DNA of 64,000 nucleotides from Candidatus Levyibacteriota bacterium (GCA_016214555.1 JACROF010000003.1:930-64929); one strand, 5' to 3'. Shown: positions 19,341 to 28,345, counted from the stretch's first letter. The notes: generated by a model from the letters alone, not told the origin. Numbers and translations are program-made.

Positions 19341-19457
19341 GTATTTAGTATCTTGTATAAAGAATCAAGCATACTATACTCTTATATTTCCACCTCAAAT
19401 CTCATCATTCATTCCTTTATACTTAATACTAAATACTGTATACTTTATACCTGAATT

Positions 19458-19529
19458 AGGGGTGTAGTGAAATGGCTATCACAGCAGTCTCCAAAACTGC
19501 TTTTCACAGTTCGAATCTGTGCGCCCCTG
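19458..19529 (+). tRNA. tRNA-Trp(CCA)
   Basis: Acceptor AGGGGTG/CGCCCCT, anticodon stem GCAGT/ACTGC with loop CUCCAAA, T arm CACAG-TTCGAAT-CTGTG. Sits in the conserved rpmG-trnW-secE position. Confidence 0.8.
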
Positions 19530-19580
19530 CTACATTCAGTTCACTTCTCCACAATTATATAAACAAATTGTGGTTCGTTC

Positions 19581-19904
19581 ATGAACGTGGCTAGCCACGT
19601 GAATAGAAGTAGAAGATGGATGTGGCCTGCCATCATGTTTTACTTCTACATCCTCAGAAGTTTAAAAAATCAAAAACTTTATCTTGGCTATTCCTCTGAC
19701 TTAAAAGAAAGAATAAAATCTCACAATAATGGCAAAAATAATGCCACTAAACCAAATATTCCCTATGAATTAATTTACTATTCTGCATTTAAAAGTGAAA
19801 AAGACGCTATTAATTGTGAGCAATATTTCAAAACCACTGCTGGGTGGAAACGAATTCATAAAATGCTTGAAAACACATTAAAAGATACTCAGTCTCTGAT
19901 ATAA
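19581..19904 (+). CDS. GIY-YIG nuclease-domain protein
   Basis: FYFYILRS...KLYLGYSSDLKERIKSHN matches the GIY-YIG core. The start is probably an internal Met. Confidence 0.65.
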   Translation: MNVASHVNRSRRWMWPAIMFYFYILRSLKNQKLYLGYSSDLKERIKSHNNGKNNATKPNIPYELIYYSAFKSEKDAINCEQYFKTTAGWKRIHKMLENTLKDTQSLI

Positions 19905-19911
19905 TTTCCTC

Positions 19912-20346
19912 ATGATTAAAATACCATATTACGAGACTTCTTATTTCTCCTTCTCCAACTTCTCATCCCACTCTATAAAAATAGATGGAGTTTTATATCC
20001 TACCGTTGAACATGCTTTTCATGCTGCGAAATTCGATAATGAAAAAATAAAGGAAGAAATCAAAAGCGCGGGCAGTCCGCTGAAGGCATTTGAGATTGGT
20101 AAGAAGTATAAACCACAAAGGAGAAGCAACTGGGATGAGACAAAAGTGTCTGTACTTCAAAAAATCATTGCTGAAAAAGTGAAACAACACGACGAAGTCA
20201 GAAAAGCATTACTCGCAACTGGTAATGAGGAGATCATAGAAGATAACCCACTTGATGATTTCTGGGGAAATGGTAAAGACGGAAACGGACAAAATCATAT
20301 GGGTAAAATCTTAATGAGGATCAGAAATGAACTACAATTTCAGTAA
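19912..20346 (+). CDS. NADAR (YbiA/DUF1768)-family protein
   Basis: FSNFS...YPTVEHAFHAAKF...EDNPLDDFWGNGKDGNGQNHMGKILMRIR matches the NADAR signature. Confidence 0.7.
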   Translation: MIKIPYYETSYFSFSNFSSHSIKIDGVLYPTVEHAFHAAKFDNEKIKEEIKSAGSPLKAFEIGKKYKPQRRSNWDETKVSVLQKIIAEKVKQHDEVRKALLATGNEEIIEDNPLDDFWGNGKDGNGQNHMGKILMRIRNELQFQ

Positions 20347-20429
20347 TTTTTGTAAATAATACGTTCCAACATATCCACATAGACCTATCTTCTTGTTGCA
20401 TATAAAAATATAAAATCTACAATATCACC

Positions 20430-20957
20430 ATGGTTATTTCTCCATATCAACAAACACTTACCCATAGCTGCTTGGCAGCTTGTTTTTTGATGCTTCAAGA
20501 AAAACAGTTTACAAAGTTTGATGAACAGGAACTGGCTCTTAAAGGGTCAAGCAGAAAATATCCTTTCTATGTTGTGGGTATTCCTGAAGAGTTTGTCAAA
20601 AAGTATGATGGCAACATTAAAATTTATGCAGATAATAATTTTTTTGCTACAACACTTCAAAAAGCATTTATAGGCAATAAAAAAATACATGTTACTCACA
20701 AAAAGATAGATATGGCTTTTATCACTGAATTACTTAATGAAAAACCACTTATTTGTCATATTGATAACCATGCATTAGGTGATTATTCTCATGTATCACA
20801 TTTCATAATTCTAGAGAAAGCAACAAAAGAATTTGTAACTATCATTGACCCCTGGAGTGGAAAGAAAAAGAAAATTAGCAAATCTACACTGACTGAGGCA
20901 ATATCTGATTTAAAAAATCATGTAAAAATGTGTCCCCTTCTATTCTCAGTTGAATAA
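20430..20957 (+). CDS. Peptidase C39-like cysteine protease domain protein (standalone)
   Basis: A Gln/Cys motif (QQTLTHSCLAACFLML), a His motif (SHFIIL) and an Asp motif (IIDPW), in C39 order. Confidence 0.65.
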   Translation: MVISPYQQTLTHSCLAACFLMLQEKQFTKFDEQELALKGSSRKYPFYVVGIPEEFVKKYDGNIKIYADNNFFATTLQKAFIGNKKIHVTHKKIDMAFITELLNEKPLICHIDNHALGDYSHVSHFIILEKATKEFVTIIDPWSGKKKKISKSTLTEAISDLKNHVKMCPLLFSVE

Positions 20958-21049
20958 TACACCCAACATAGTTGCTTAGCACGTAAAACAAAATTAAAAA
21001 GCGGACATTATTATTCCAACCATAACCACCCCAATGGTGCAAGAAAAAA

Positions 21050-21634
21050 TTAAAGCAGATTGCTATTTTTGAGCATGCGCTGCTGGATATCAATCCTATT
21101 AATCTCACGAGTAACAAAATTTTGACCCTGTGGTGAACCTTGACGAATCTGATCGATAACCCCTTCACTTGGCACAACTTTTCCCTCTATGTCGACATAC
21201 TCAGGATTCTGGCCAATACGTCGTATTGCCACCTCTCTTGCATGCTCTGGGTCATCTGTATAAAAACCCCATGCATTCGTTTTCAAGGTTCCTTTAAATT
21301 CCCTTGCGACTCTGTCTTTAAAAGATGTAGCCTCACCTACGTATCCTTCTCGTACTCTCATTATCTCACCCATGGTATAAAAATAATCCAGATCAGGATA
21401 ATACCCTACAACCTGATTTTGAAATGCTTCAGACTGGGGATCTATTCCATCCATCTGAATTCTTGCTGCTTCAAGTGCTAAATTAAGCGATTCCATATCC
21501 CATCCCTTTCCTGGCCCATGAATCGAGCTGTCTCTATAGCGAATAGGTGGTGGATTCTCGGGTGCAGGAGAATTGTAGTAGTTTATAACAAAAGCGCCAC
21601 TTTTTTTAAAAATAACCATAATCCAACCAAACAT
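21050..21634 (-). CDS. Hypothetical protein
   Basis: ORF only; no recognisable motif. Confidence 0.4.
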   Translation of the reverse strand: MFGWIMVIFKKSGAFVINYYNSPAPENPPPIRYRDSSIHGPGKGWDMESLNLALEAARIQMDGIDPQSEAFQNQVVGYYPDLDYFYTMGEIMRVREGYVGEATSFKDRVAREFKGTLKTNAWGFYTDDPEHAREVAIRRIGQNPEYVDIEGKVVPSEGVIDQIRQGSPQGQNFVTREINRIDIQQRMLKNSNLL

Positions 21635-21681
21635 TTGCGAAAATCTTACATTACTTATAGTTTTTCCTTTATAATAGTTTT

Positions 21682-22305
21682 ATGAGGAAATTGATCGGGG
21701 TTATTATTGTTACCTCTTTTGTTATTGGAGGAGCATTTCTTCTGATACAAAATAATACGACTCGCCAGCTTCCCAAATCTCTCTCTGAGTCAAACCAAGT
21801 CGCACCTTCCTCGTCTAGCTCAGAAATAATTGATAAACTCAAGGCTGGAGGAAGTAGTCTTTCAGATCCAAAAGGCGTTTTTAGCATTCTCTACCCAAAT
21901 GATTACAAAACAGATACCCAAAATAACGGACAATATATTCGTATTTACAAAACTGGTTCAACACAACGAGGACAAACCGAAATGTATGATGGAGTCATTA
22001 TTACCTTTGAAAGTATCACTCTTAACAGTCAGAAGCTGGAATCCTTTGTAGATGAACATATTAAAAGTAGTACAGTCGATGGCACCACCACGGTGAGCCA
22101 ACCAAAAAGAGCTACTGTGGTCAATGGTTATCCTGGCTTTAGCTATACTCTTCACGGACTTGGTGAATCCACATATATAGTCCTTCAGAAAGATACCCAA
22201 TCAGACTATGCAGTAAGCATATCCTATGCTGTGATGGACCCAGAAAAAGTTGGCTATCAACAAGAAGTCGATGCCACCTTCTCCACTATCCAGCTTCTCA
22301 AATAA
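21682..22305 (+). CDS. Hypothetical exported or membrane-anchored protein
   Basis: N-terminal TM or signal anchor followed by an S/T-rich linker. Confidence 0.4.
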   Translation: MRKLIGVIIVTSFVIGGAFLLIQNNTTRQLPKSLSESNQVAPSSSSSEIIDKLKAGGSSLSDPKGVFSILYPNDYKTDTQNNGQYIRIYKTGSTQRGQTEMYDGVIITFESITLNSQKLESFVDEHIKSSTVDGTTTVSQPKRATVVNGYPGFSYTLHGLGESTYIVLQKDTQSDYAVSISYAVMDPEKVGYQQEVDATFSTIQLLK

Positions 22306-22421
22306 ATACTATAGGTTGACTTCTGATTTCATTTATGGTAAAGTTCACCTAAGTCAATGGCCACACAAGGCTATTAGAACATTCACAGCTTAGTCGTTTT
22401 AAAAGTGAAAGGATACCGCAG

Positions 22422-22781
22422 ATGGGTCGTTATCTTGCTCTTTTGCCATTCGATTTCGATTGGGTGAAAACTGATTTTTCTCACTCGATATTAGAGTGCA
22501 CCCAGCGATCGGAGCTTTTCGAAGAGCTTGAAAAACTTCCGAGCATGCCTGTTCCAGAGCAATTTCATACCTATCTTGGCTACGATCCTGAGACTGAGAG
22601 GACTTGCTACGGCAACACCCAGACCACAAATGATGGCGAGCAGCTCATGTATGTTTTGGTCGAACAGCTCCTTCCATTTTCCACTCACGAGCTCGTGAGG
22701 GACAATTTTCTCAATAGGGCTGTTTGGGCGTATCTGAAAGAGCTTCCAAGGAAAACAAAAATAGCTCTTTACTTTCACTGA
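22422..22781 (+). CDS. Hypothetical protein
   Basis: ORF followed 20 nt later by a strong terminator. Confidence 0.4.
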   Translation: MGRYLALLPFDFDWVKTDFSHSILECTQRSELFEELEKLPSMPVPEQFHTYLGYDPETERTCYGNTQTTNDGEQLMYVLVEQLLPFSTHELVRDNFLNRAVWAYLKELPRKTKIALYFH

Positions 22782-22800
22782 TCCAACTTTACCACCCACA

Positions 22801-22824
22801 CCCCGGCCATTGGCCGGGGTTTTT
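22801..22824 (+). terminator. Rho-independent terminator
   Basis: CCCCGGCC-ATT-GGCCGGGG followed by T5. A near-identical 31-nt copy lies at 26105..26128. Confidence 0.75.
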
Positions 22825-22930
22825 CTTTGGGAAAAAACTCCAAATCTATCTCTATAGGACGTTTTTATGCTATACTTCCCCAACTGCAAACCGCAGGCAC
22901 ATTAACCTTGATAAAAAGAAAGGCACGGAT

Positions 22931-23743
22931 TTGGTCATACCAACAAATATCCCTATACCGACCCTCACGAAAAATGAGGTAGCAATACTATCTCATATAG
23001 TCACTACTCAAAGTCCATGCTATATAGGCAATATCTCAAAAGAGCTTGGCCTTGCTGAGTCAACGGTACGCTCCTCTCTTAGATCGCTCTGCACCAAAAA
23101 TTTGATCGTTCGCGACAAAATTGAAAAGACAAATGTCGGAGCGGCAAGACAGCTTTATATCCTTCGTGACCTTCAATTTGCTCGGCAAGTTCTAGGAGCA
23201 CGAGGAGGAGTACCTCAACCTACGCCGGTAGCACAAATTGAGAAAAAAGGACTACGAGTTATCTACGCTCGGGAAGATTTTGATCCGTCAACAATTGGAA
23301 GATCAATCTTTCTTGCCGGACCAACACCTCGCTCAAAGCGCGTACCATCCTGGAGAAAGAAAGCCCTCAACTTCCTCTCCCAGATGGTTGCAACGCCTTT
23401 GACAGTATTTGTTCCGGAAGATCATGATGGCACCTTCCACAAAGCGTTCTTCGATGATCAGGTCGAGTGGGAAGAGAAAGCTCTTACAGCAGCAACTGTC
23501 ATCGCATTCTGGATCCCACGAGATCTCAGAACTCTTCCTGGTTTTACCACCAACGATGAGTTTGGAGCATGGAAGAGGTCAGGGAAAGTAGTCCTTGGTG
23601 TACCACCTGAGACTCCAAAGACTCGCTACCAACTGTATTACGCCAGAAAACTTGGTATTCCTACAGCCAAGTCGCTTGAGAAAACACTGGCACTTGCGTG
23701 CATCAAGGTAAAAGAAATTAATTGCGACACCCCGGCTTCATAG
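22931..23743 (+). CDS. Winged-helix DNA-binding domain fused to a nucleoside 2-deoxyribosyltransferase (NDT/DNPH1)-like domain
   Basis: The ORF-track start (22724) lies upstream of the terminator at 22801, so the real start must be downstream; an in-frame TTG at 22931 is proposed. The wHTH is EVAILSHIVTT...ISKELGLAESTVRSSLRSL. The C-terminal part reads IFLAGP ... PGFTTNDEFGAW, which aligns with the NDT pattern I-Y-x-A-G-P/W...G-[ST]-x-x-E-x-G-[YA]. Confidence 0.45.
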   Translation: MVIPTNIPIPTLTKNEVAILSHIVTTQSPCYIGNISKELGLAESTVRSSLRSLCTKNLIVRDKIEKTNVGAARQLYILRDLQFARQVLGARGGVPQPTPVAQIEKKGLRVIYAREDFDPSTIGRSIFLAGPTPRSKRVPSWRKKALNFLSQMVATPLTVFVPEDHDGTFHKAFFDDQVEWEEKALTAATVIAFWIPRDLRTLPGFTTNDEFGAWKRSGKVVLGVPPETPKTRYQLYYARKLGIPTAKSLEKTLALACIKVKEINCDTPAS

Positions 23744-23754
23744 CCGGGGTTTTT
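23730..23754 (+). terminator. Rho-independent terminator
   Basis: CCCCGGC-TTCATA-GCCGGGG followed by T5. The stop codon sits in the loop. Confidence 0.7.
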
Positions 23755-23861
23755 CTTATAAGCGCACTATGGGATTGTTCTATCACAATCATTTCGCTAT
23801 AATACATACTGTTCTCAGGCAAATCACCTTGAGCTCATTTAGCACATTTAAAGGAGGAGAT

Positions 23862-24275
23862 ATGTATCTTAAAATAAAAGCGCTCATGTACGTTGTTGGG
23901 TATCCTTTGTTCTATCTGCTCACAAGAGGTCTTTTGCACATCAACAAGATTGAGACAGACCTACCTCACGACAGTATTGAGGTTGCTCTGAAAACATTTG
24001 TTTATTGGTCTATTCTCTTCGCGGTGATACCAGTTAGTTTCATGTTATTTCTTGGACTAATGGAAGCGCCTCCACCAATAGCTGTCATAGCTTTTATACC
24101 AGGCTTGATGCTGATTGGCCTTACCTATGCAGCAATGCCTACAACCGTTGGCATTGGTGGCCTAAGCTTTGCTTGTTTGTTGAGCCTCATTCTTGTGGTC
24201 ATAACACACCCATTCGAGCGATGCATGGTTGAAATCGAGTTCCCTAGCTCAGAAAGGTCTTTACACGAAAGATAA
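23862..24275 (+). CDS. Small polytopic membrane protein
   Basis: An AAAGGAGGAG RBS precedes the ATG at 23862 (the ORF track starts at 23769). Four hydrophobic helices. Confidence 0.45.
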   Translation: MYLKIKALMYVVGYPLFYLLTRGLLHINKIETDLPHDSIEVALKTFVYWSILFAVIPVSFMLFLGLMEAPPPIAVIAFIPGLMLIGLTYAAMPTTVGIGGLSFACLLSLILVVITHPFERCMVEIEFPSSERSLHER

Positions 24276-24290
24276 CTATATCCACTCATG

Positions 24291-24318
24291 CGGTGGCCAT
24301 CAGGCCACCGCTTTTTTT
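24291..24318 (+). terminator. Rho-independent terminator
   Basis: CGGTGGCC-ATCA-GGCCACCG followed by T7. Confidence 0.75.
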
Positions 24319-24750
24319 GTTGTGATCACATTAATACTCTCTTAACATGCTCGTCTCTACCTACAATGATAAATATTCCCTATTATCACTATAGGTTTAC
24401 TTTTTAAGACTTCTAGTGTATAATCCATACGCTTTACAGGTTAGTACAGAACAATTGCGTTTTGCTACTTTCTAACGTAAATAGTTCTTTAACAACTTGA
24501 GATTCAAATTTTAAGAATTTATCTTTATTTCTATCGATATGAAGCTAATTTCGGGTCGATGGCGCTTTGCTCATGGTATCGTGCGTAAAGTGCCGTCGAT
24601 CAGGAAGAATCAGCGCGATTCAATCCTGCATTGTAATGGCTTTGTTTGAAATGGAGAAAGGCCTGTAGACATATGCAAGGAGGTGCACAACCCTAACAAA
24701 CAGGTAAATTCTTTCGTCGCCAAACTTTACCCAAAAAAGGAGAAGAATCG

Positions 24751-26076
24751 ATGTCAGATCAGACAGGAGCCCTTCAGATTCCCGTTGTCGGAACCGGCAC
24801 TCTAGCAGTTCCACCGCAACCACAGGGATCAGCCAGCTCCGCCCTCATGCAGACGGGAAATACAGCAACAGAGCGAAAGCAGCTCATCTGCAAGGACATC
24901 CTCAGGGCATTAAGCCCCGAAAGATTCCAACAAGCCACGGTCGTTGCCCAAGCCGACTACCCCAATATGCTGGTAAACAGCCAGATCGGTATGGTATACG
25001 GCTCTGAAGCGATCGCCGCCATGAACGCACTCGTCAGTTCGATGCGCACCAGAGTCACTCCGGTAGAAATACCGCAGCTTGACAAGATGATGGCTGCGAT
25101 CAACGATGAGATGCGCAGCTTCCGCGGCCACTACGACACCAGCAAGGACCCCGAACTTCGCGAGAAATACGAAAAAGCGATGGGCGGGATCAAGAAGCTA
25201 TTCAACCGAGGCAAGACCTACATGGAAATGCTCCATGAAGATATGCAATCCTCGGTCGAAAGGCTCGATGGCATCAAGGCAGAGCTACTTGCTAAGCAAG
25301 CTCAGCTCATACGAAATGTCGGCCTCTACGACGAGCTGTATCTGGCAAACGAACAGGAAATCGTCAACGTCATCGAAGCCATCGCACGGATGGAGATGAT
25401 TTGCGATTTGGCAGCTGCAGAAGCAGCTGCAATCGTTGGCGACCCCAACGATCCCGTCAATCACGCCAAGTTCGAGCGGAAACGTTTCATTGCAATATTT
25501 GCCAACAACCTGACGCTCAGGCTCACCGAATTCAAAAACCGCCTATTCGCCGGCTATGCGATGTCACCACAGATCACTCAGTCTCGAGACATCGATACTG
25601 CGATGGCGATGAAACTTTATTCTGTCTGCGATACCACCATCCCTCTCATCGAGTCAACCATGCTTCGATGGCAGATGATGGTCCAGGCAGAACTCGCAGC
25701 CGAAGCCGCAAACGCAGTCGCAAGACTCACCAACGAGGTACTCGTCGCGAATTTCGAAGCCGGAGCGGATATCCTGCCTCGAGTCGCCCAGGCGATTCAA
25801 ACGCCGACGATAACCCCCGAGACCATTTTGGCACTCGGTACAAGTATCGAGAAGCAGACTCAAGGCATCATCGATGCCTACGCTGCCGGACGTGAGCGAC
25901 GCGCAGCAGTCGATGATGCGATCGTAACTACGTACCGTGTCATCCAAAATGCTACGGCCAAGGTGAGCGACGAAGTCGTTGATCAACTGCTTGCGCAAGC
26001 CAACGCACCGCTCCCAGCTGTCATCACTGCGAAGCTTCCCGAGCTTCCAGCAGGTATTGAATCTCAAGCTTCCTAG
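24751..26076 (+). CDS. TelA-like (toxic anion resistance / KlaB family) protein
   Basis: GC is about 55%, well above the window average. An N-terminal Q-x-G...LSS element and a central GLYDELYLANEQEI region resemble B. subtilis TelA (compare DMLDEMYEKNKDYY). Long helical architecture and a strong AAGGAG RBS. Confidence 0.45.
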   Translation: MSDQTGALQIPVVGTGTLAVPPQPQGSASSALMQTGNTATERKQLICKDILRALSPERFQQATVVAQADYPNMLVNSQIGMVYGSEAIAAMNALVSSMRTRVTPVEIPQLDKMMAAINDEMRSFRGHYDTSKDPELREKYEKAMGGIKKLFNRGKTYMEMLHEDMQSSVERLDGIKAELLAKQAQLIRNVGLYDELYLANEQEIVNVIEAIARMEMICDLAAAEAAAIVGDPNDPVNHAKFERKRFIAIFANNLTLRLTEFKNRLFAGYAMSPQITQSRDIDTAMAMKLYSVCDTTIPLIESTMLRWQMMVQAELAAEAANAVARLTNEVLVANFEAGADILPRVAQAIQTPTITPETILALGTSIEKQTQGIIDAYAAGRERRAAVDDAIVTTYRVIQNATAKVSDEVVDQLLAQANAPLPAVITAKLPELPAGIESQAS

Positions 26077-26104
26077 TTCCTAGCAGCGCCTAGGAGATTT
26101 CTAA

Positions 26105-26128
26105 CCCCGGCCAATGGCCGGGGTTTTT
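26105..26128 (+). terminator. Rho-independent terminator (duplicate of the one at 22801)
   Basis: CCCCGGCC-AAT-GGCCGGGG followed by T5. Confidence 0.75.
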
Positions 26129-26154
26129 CTTTGGAAAAACGTTATACTAGATAT

Positions 26155-26286
26155 ATGGGAAACAAGAAAAAAATTATCCCTTTTTTTGAAAAAAATGAAT
26201 TACGAATTATTGCAATAAGTCTGAGTATTTTATCTTTTGGTCTTGCCATCGCATGGATTGGATTCGCGCTCTTTTCCGCAAAATAA
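26155..26286 (+). CDS. Candidate 43-aa single-TM small protein
   Basis: Translates to MGNKKKIIPFFEKNELRIIAISLSILSFGLAIAWIGFALFSAK. Below the ORF-track cutoff and has a weak RBS. Confidence 0.25.
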   Translation: MGNKKKIIPFFEKNELRIIAISLSILSFGLAIAWIGFALFSAK

Positions 26287-26344
26287 TTTTTTAAATTTCT
26301 CTCTTGTTTTTTTGTAAAAAATTATTGATACTTATATCTATTCA

Positions 26345-27763
26345 ATGAAGTATATAGTTATTACTTTTTCCGGTCTTGGTCTCCCCATCGCCTACAAACT
26401 ACATCAGCAAGGATACGAAGTGCATGTTGGTATGGTCCAAAACATCAAGGATTATGTTTTGGAAGAAGAAATATCACGAGCAAAAGAAGGTGAAGAAGAC
26501 AGAAATAAAAGAATGCAACTTTTCCAAGGCATGCTTCCCATTGAGCCTGCAGATAAAGTTATTGAACGGATGAGATCAATCCCCAACCCTCAGGACTACT
26601 TTGTCTTTTTTGATGAAAACTGTCTTTATAGGTGGGTAGATAAAATTCGCGATCTTAACTTTCATGGTAATTTCCCAACAAAAGCAGATTTTTTATTTGA
26701 AGTTGATCGCAAAAGAGCCAAGCAATTTGTTCAGGAACACTACCCCAAACTTAACACCCCTGAGGTACACGAATTCACCAAAATCAAAGATGGTATAAAA
26801 TTTCTCAAAGAAAGCAAAGAACTTTGGGTACTCAAAGGACAAATTGATACCGCTCGAACTTTTGTCCCTGCAGTTGAAGACCCAGGACTTGCCAATACCC
26901 AACTTGCTGAAGTTTTGGCTAATTTTCCTTACAAATATGAGAGGCTGGGATTTATTCTTGAGAGATTTATTCCCGATATCATCGAGCTGACGCCTGAAAA
27001 ATTTTATTACGACGGTGAACCCATTGCTACATCTCTTCTCTTTGAAAACAAACCATTTGGCAGTGGCAATATCTCAGTCCAGACGGGTTGCGCTGAAGAC
27101 CTCTGCTTCCCAACTGATATGAATGACCGCATCAATAAGATTGCTTTCCCACCTATCATTGATGAAATGGCTAAAGAGCATAAAGGGTGGTTTATCTGGG
27201 ATGCCTCAATTCTCATTGGAAAAAGAGATGGAAAAATGTATTTTGGTGAGTTTTGCTCAAATCGGCCAGGTTATAGCAGTTTTTTCAATGAACTCGCACA
27301 ATGCAATAGCGTCAATGGATTTTTTGAAAGCCTTGTCAAAAAGAAAAATCCTTATACACTAGGGACCGTTGGCTGCTCCGTATCAATTTTTAATATGAAC
27401 CGAGATGAAGACACCGATGCAATCTCTTCAAATATTCTTATTAACTACAAGCCTGAAATCGAAAAAGATGTCTGGTTGTGGGACGTAAGACGAAACGAAC
27501 GAAATAATATCGTCACCATAGGTACAGATTGGAATTTAGCCGTCATTACTGGAGCAGGGAAATCAATTCCTCAGGCTGTTAACAGACTCTATAGAAATGT
27601 TGAGAATTTTGCTATTGTTGGATCATACCATCGACCAAAAGACGATTATTTGTCCATGGATTATCAATCATCAATTATCAATAGGATTAACTATGGCCTC
27701 GAGCGAGGCTTGTTTCACATACCATTTGATGTTAAAATCGGCGATATCGACGCAACGGTATGA
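26345..27763 (+). CDS. ATP-grasp superfamily ligase, PurD (glycinamide ribonucleotide synthetase)-like
   Basis: N-terminal pre-ATP-grasp region (MKYIVITFSGLGLPIAYKL), a central region LWVLKGQ...ERFIPDIIELTPE, and a C-terminal YFGEFCSNRPGYSS that aligns with PurD EFNxRFGDPE. Confidence 0.5.
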   Translation: MKYIVITFSGLGLPIAYKLHQQGYEVHVGMVQNIKDYVLEEEISRAKEGEEDRNKRMQLFQGMLPIEPADKVIERMRSIPNPQDYFVFFDENCLYRWVDKIRDLNFHGNFPTKADFLFEVDRKRAKQFVQEHYPKLNTPEVHEFTKIKDGIKFLKESKELWVLKGQIDTARTFVPAVEDPGLANTQLAEVLANFPYKYERLGFILERFIPDIIELTPEKFYYDGEPIATSLLFENKPFGSGNISVQTGCAEDLCFPTDMNDRINKIAFPPIIDEMAKEHKGWFIWDASILIGKRDGKMYFGEFCSNRPGYSSFFNELAQCNSVNGFFESLVKKKNPYTLGTVGCSVSIFNMNRDEDTDAISSNILINYKPEIEKDVWLWDVRRNERNNIVTIGTDWNLAVITGAGKSIPQAVNRLYRNVENFAIVGSYHRPKDDYLSMDYQSSIINRINYGLERGLFHIPFDVKIGDIDATV

Positions 27764-28236
27764 CAAAAAATCGACTTTTGGATTTAAAAAAACTCAAATT
27801 TGAGGTTCGTGACGTCATGCGATATGACGATGCAGGGGATTATTTTGCCAACACGATTGTAGCCTACGACTTCAAAGACGACGTGATCACCAACGCTATT
27901 TTTCTCCACGAATTTATTGAGTATATGCTCATCAAGTCATCGGGTATTGAGCCTGAGCTGATTGACAAACTCGACACTGTTCCCAATGCTGAAAAAGATT
28001 ATCCAAGAGAGTGGAAGCTCTATGAAAAATATCACGATATGGCAAATAGTGTAGAGAGACAATTTATCGAAAATCTTGGCCTCAACTGGGAAGAATATGA
28101 CAAAACAGTCAACACCGCTAAAATCAAAACCGCAGTTCGTCACCTCTCAGATGAGATGCATAAAAAACAAATGGATAAAAAAGATATTACCAAAGCAAAA
28201 AGAATTGTCCGCGCAATCTTTAGAAAAAGAAAATAA
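27760..28236 (+). CDS. Hypothetical protein, translationally coupled to the ATP-grasp gene
   Basis: ATGA start/stop overlap with the upstream gene. Confidence 0.45.
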   Translation: MTKNRLLDLKKLKFEVRDVMRYDDAGDYFANTIVAYDFKDDVITNAIFLHEFIEYMLIKSSGIEPELIDKLDTVPNAEKDYPREWKLYEKYHDMANSVERQFIENLGLNWEEYDKTVNTAKIKTAVRHLSDEMHKKQMDKKDITKAKRIVRAIFRKRK

Positions 28237-28345
28237 TATTCCCTTTCTATCTTATAGTTTTTGAGTTTCTCCTCGCCATTTGCTATAATCCACCTAACGT
28301 GAAAAGGCATGGCACGAGCCATATACCAACCTTTTCATTTGCACC

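Noticed and set aside
22724-22930. 5' part of ORF-track ORF 22724..23743.
   Set aside because: It overlaps the 3' end of the preceding gene and contains a strong terminator (22801..22824). The real gene must start downstream.
25106-26067. Arg-rich ORFs (25106..25399, 25401..25895, 25654..26067 minus) inside the TelA-like gene.
   Set aside because: They are alternative-frame artefacts of a GC-rich coding region. The main frame has an RBS and a terminator.
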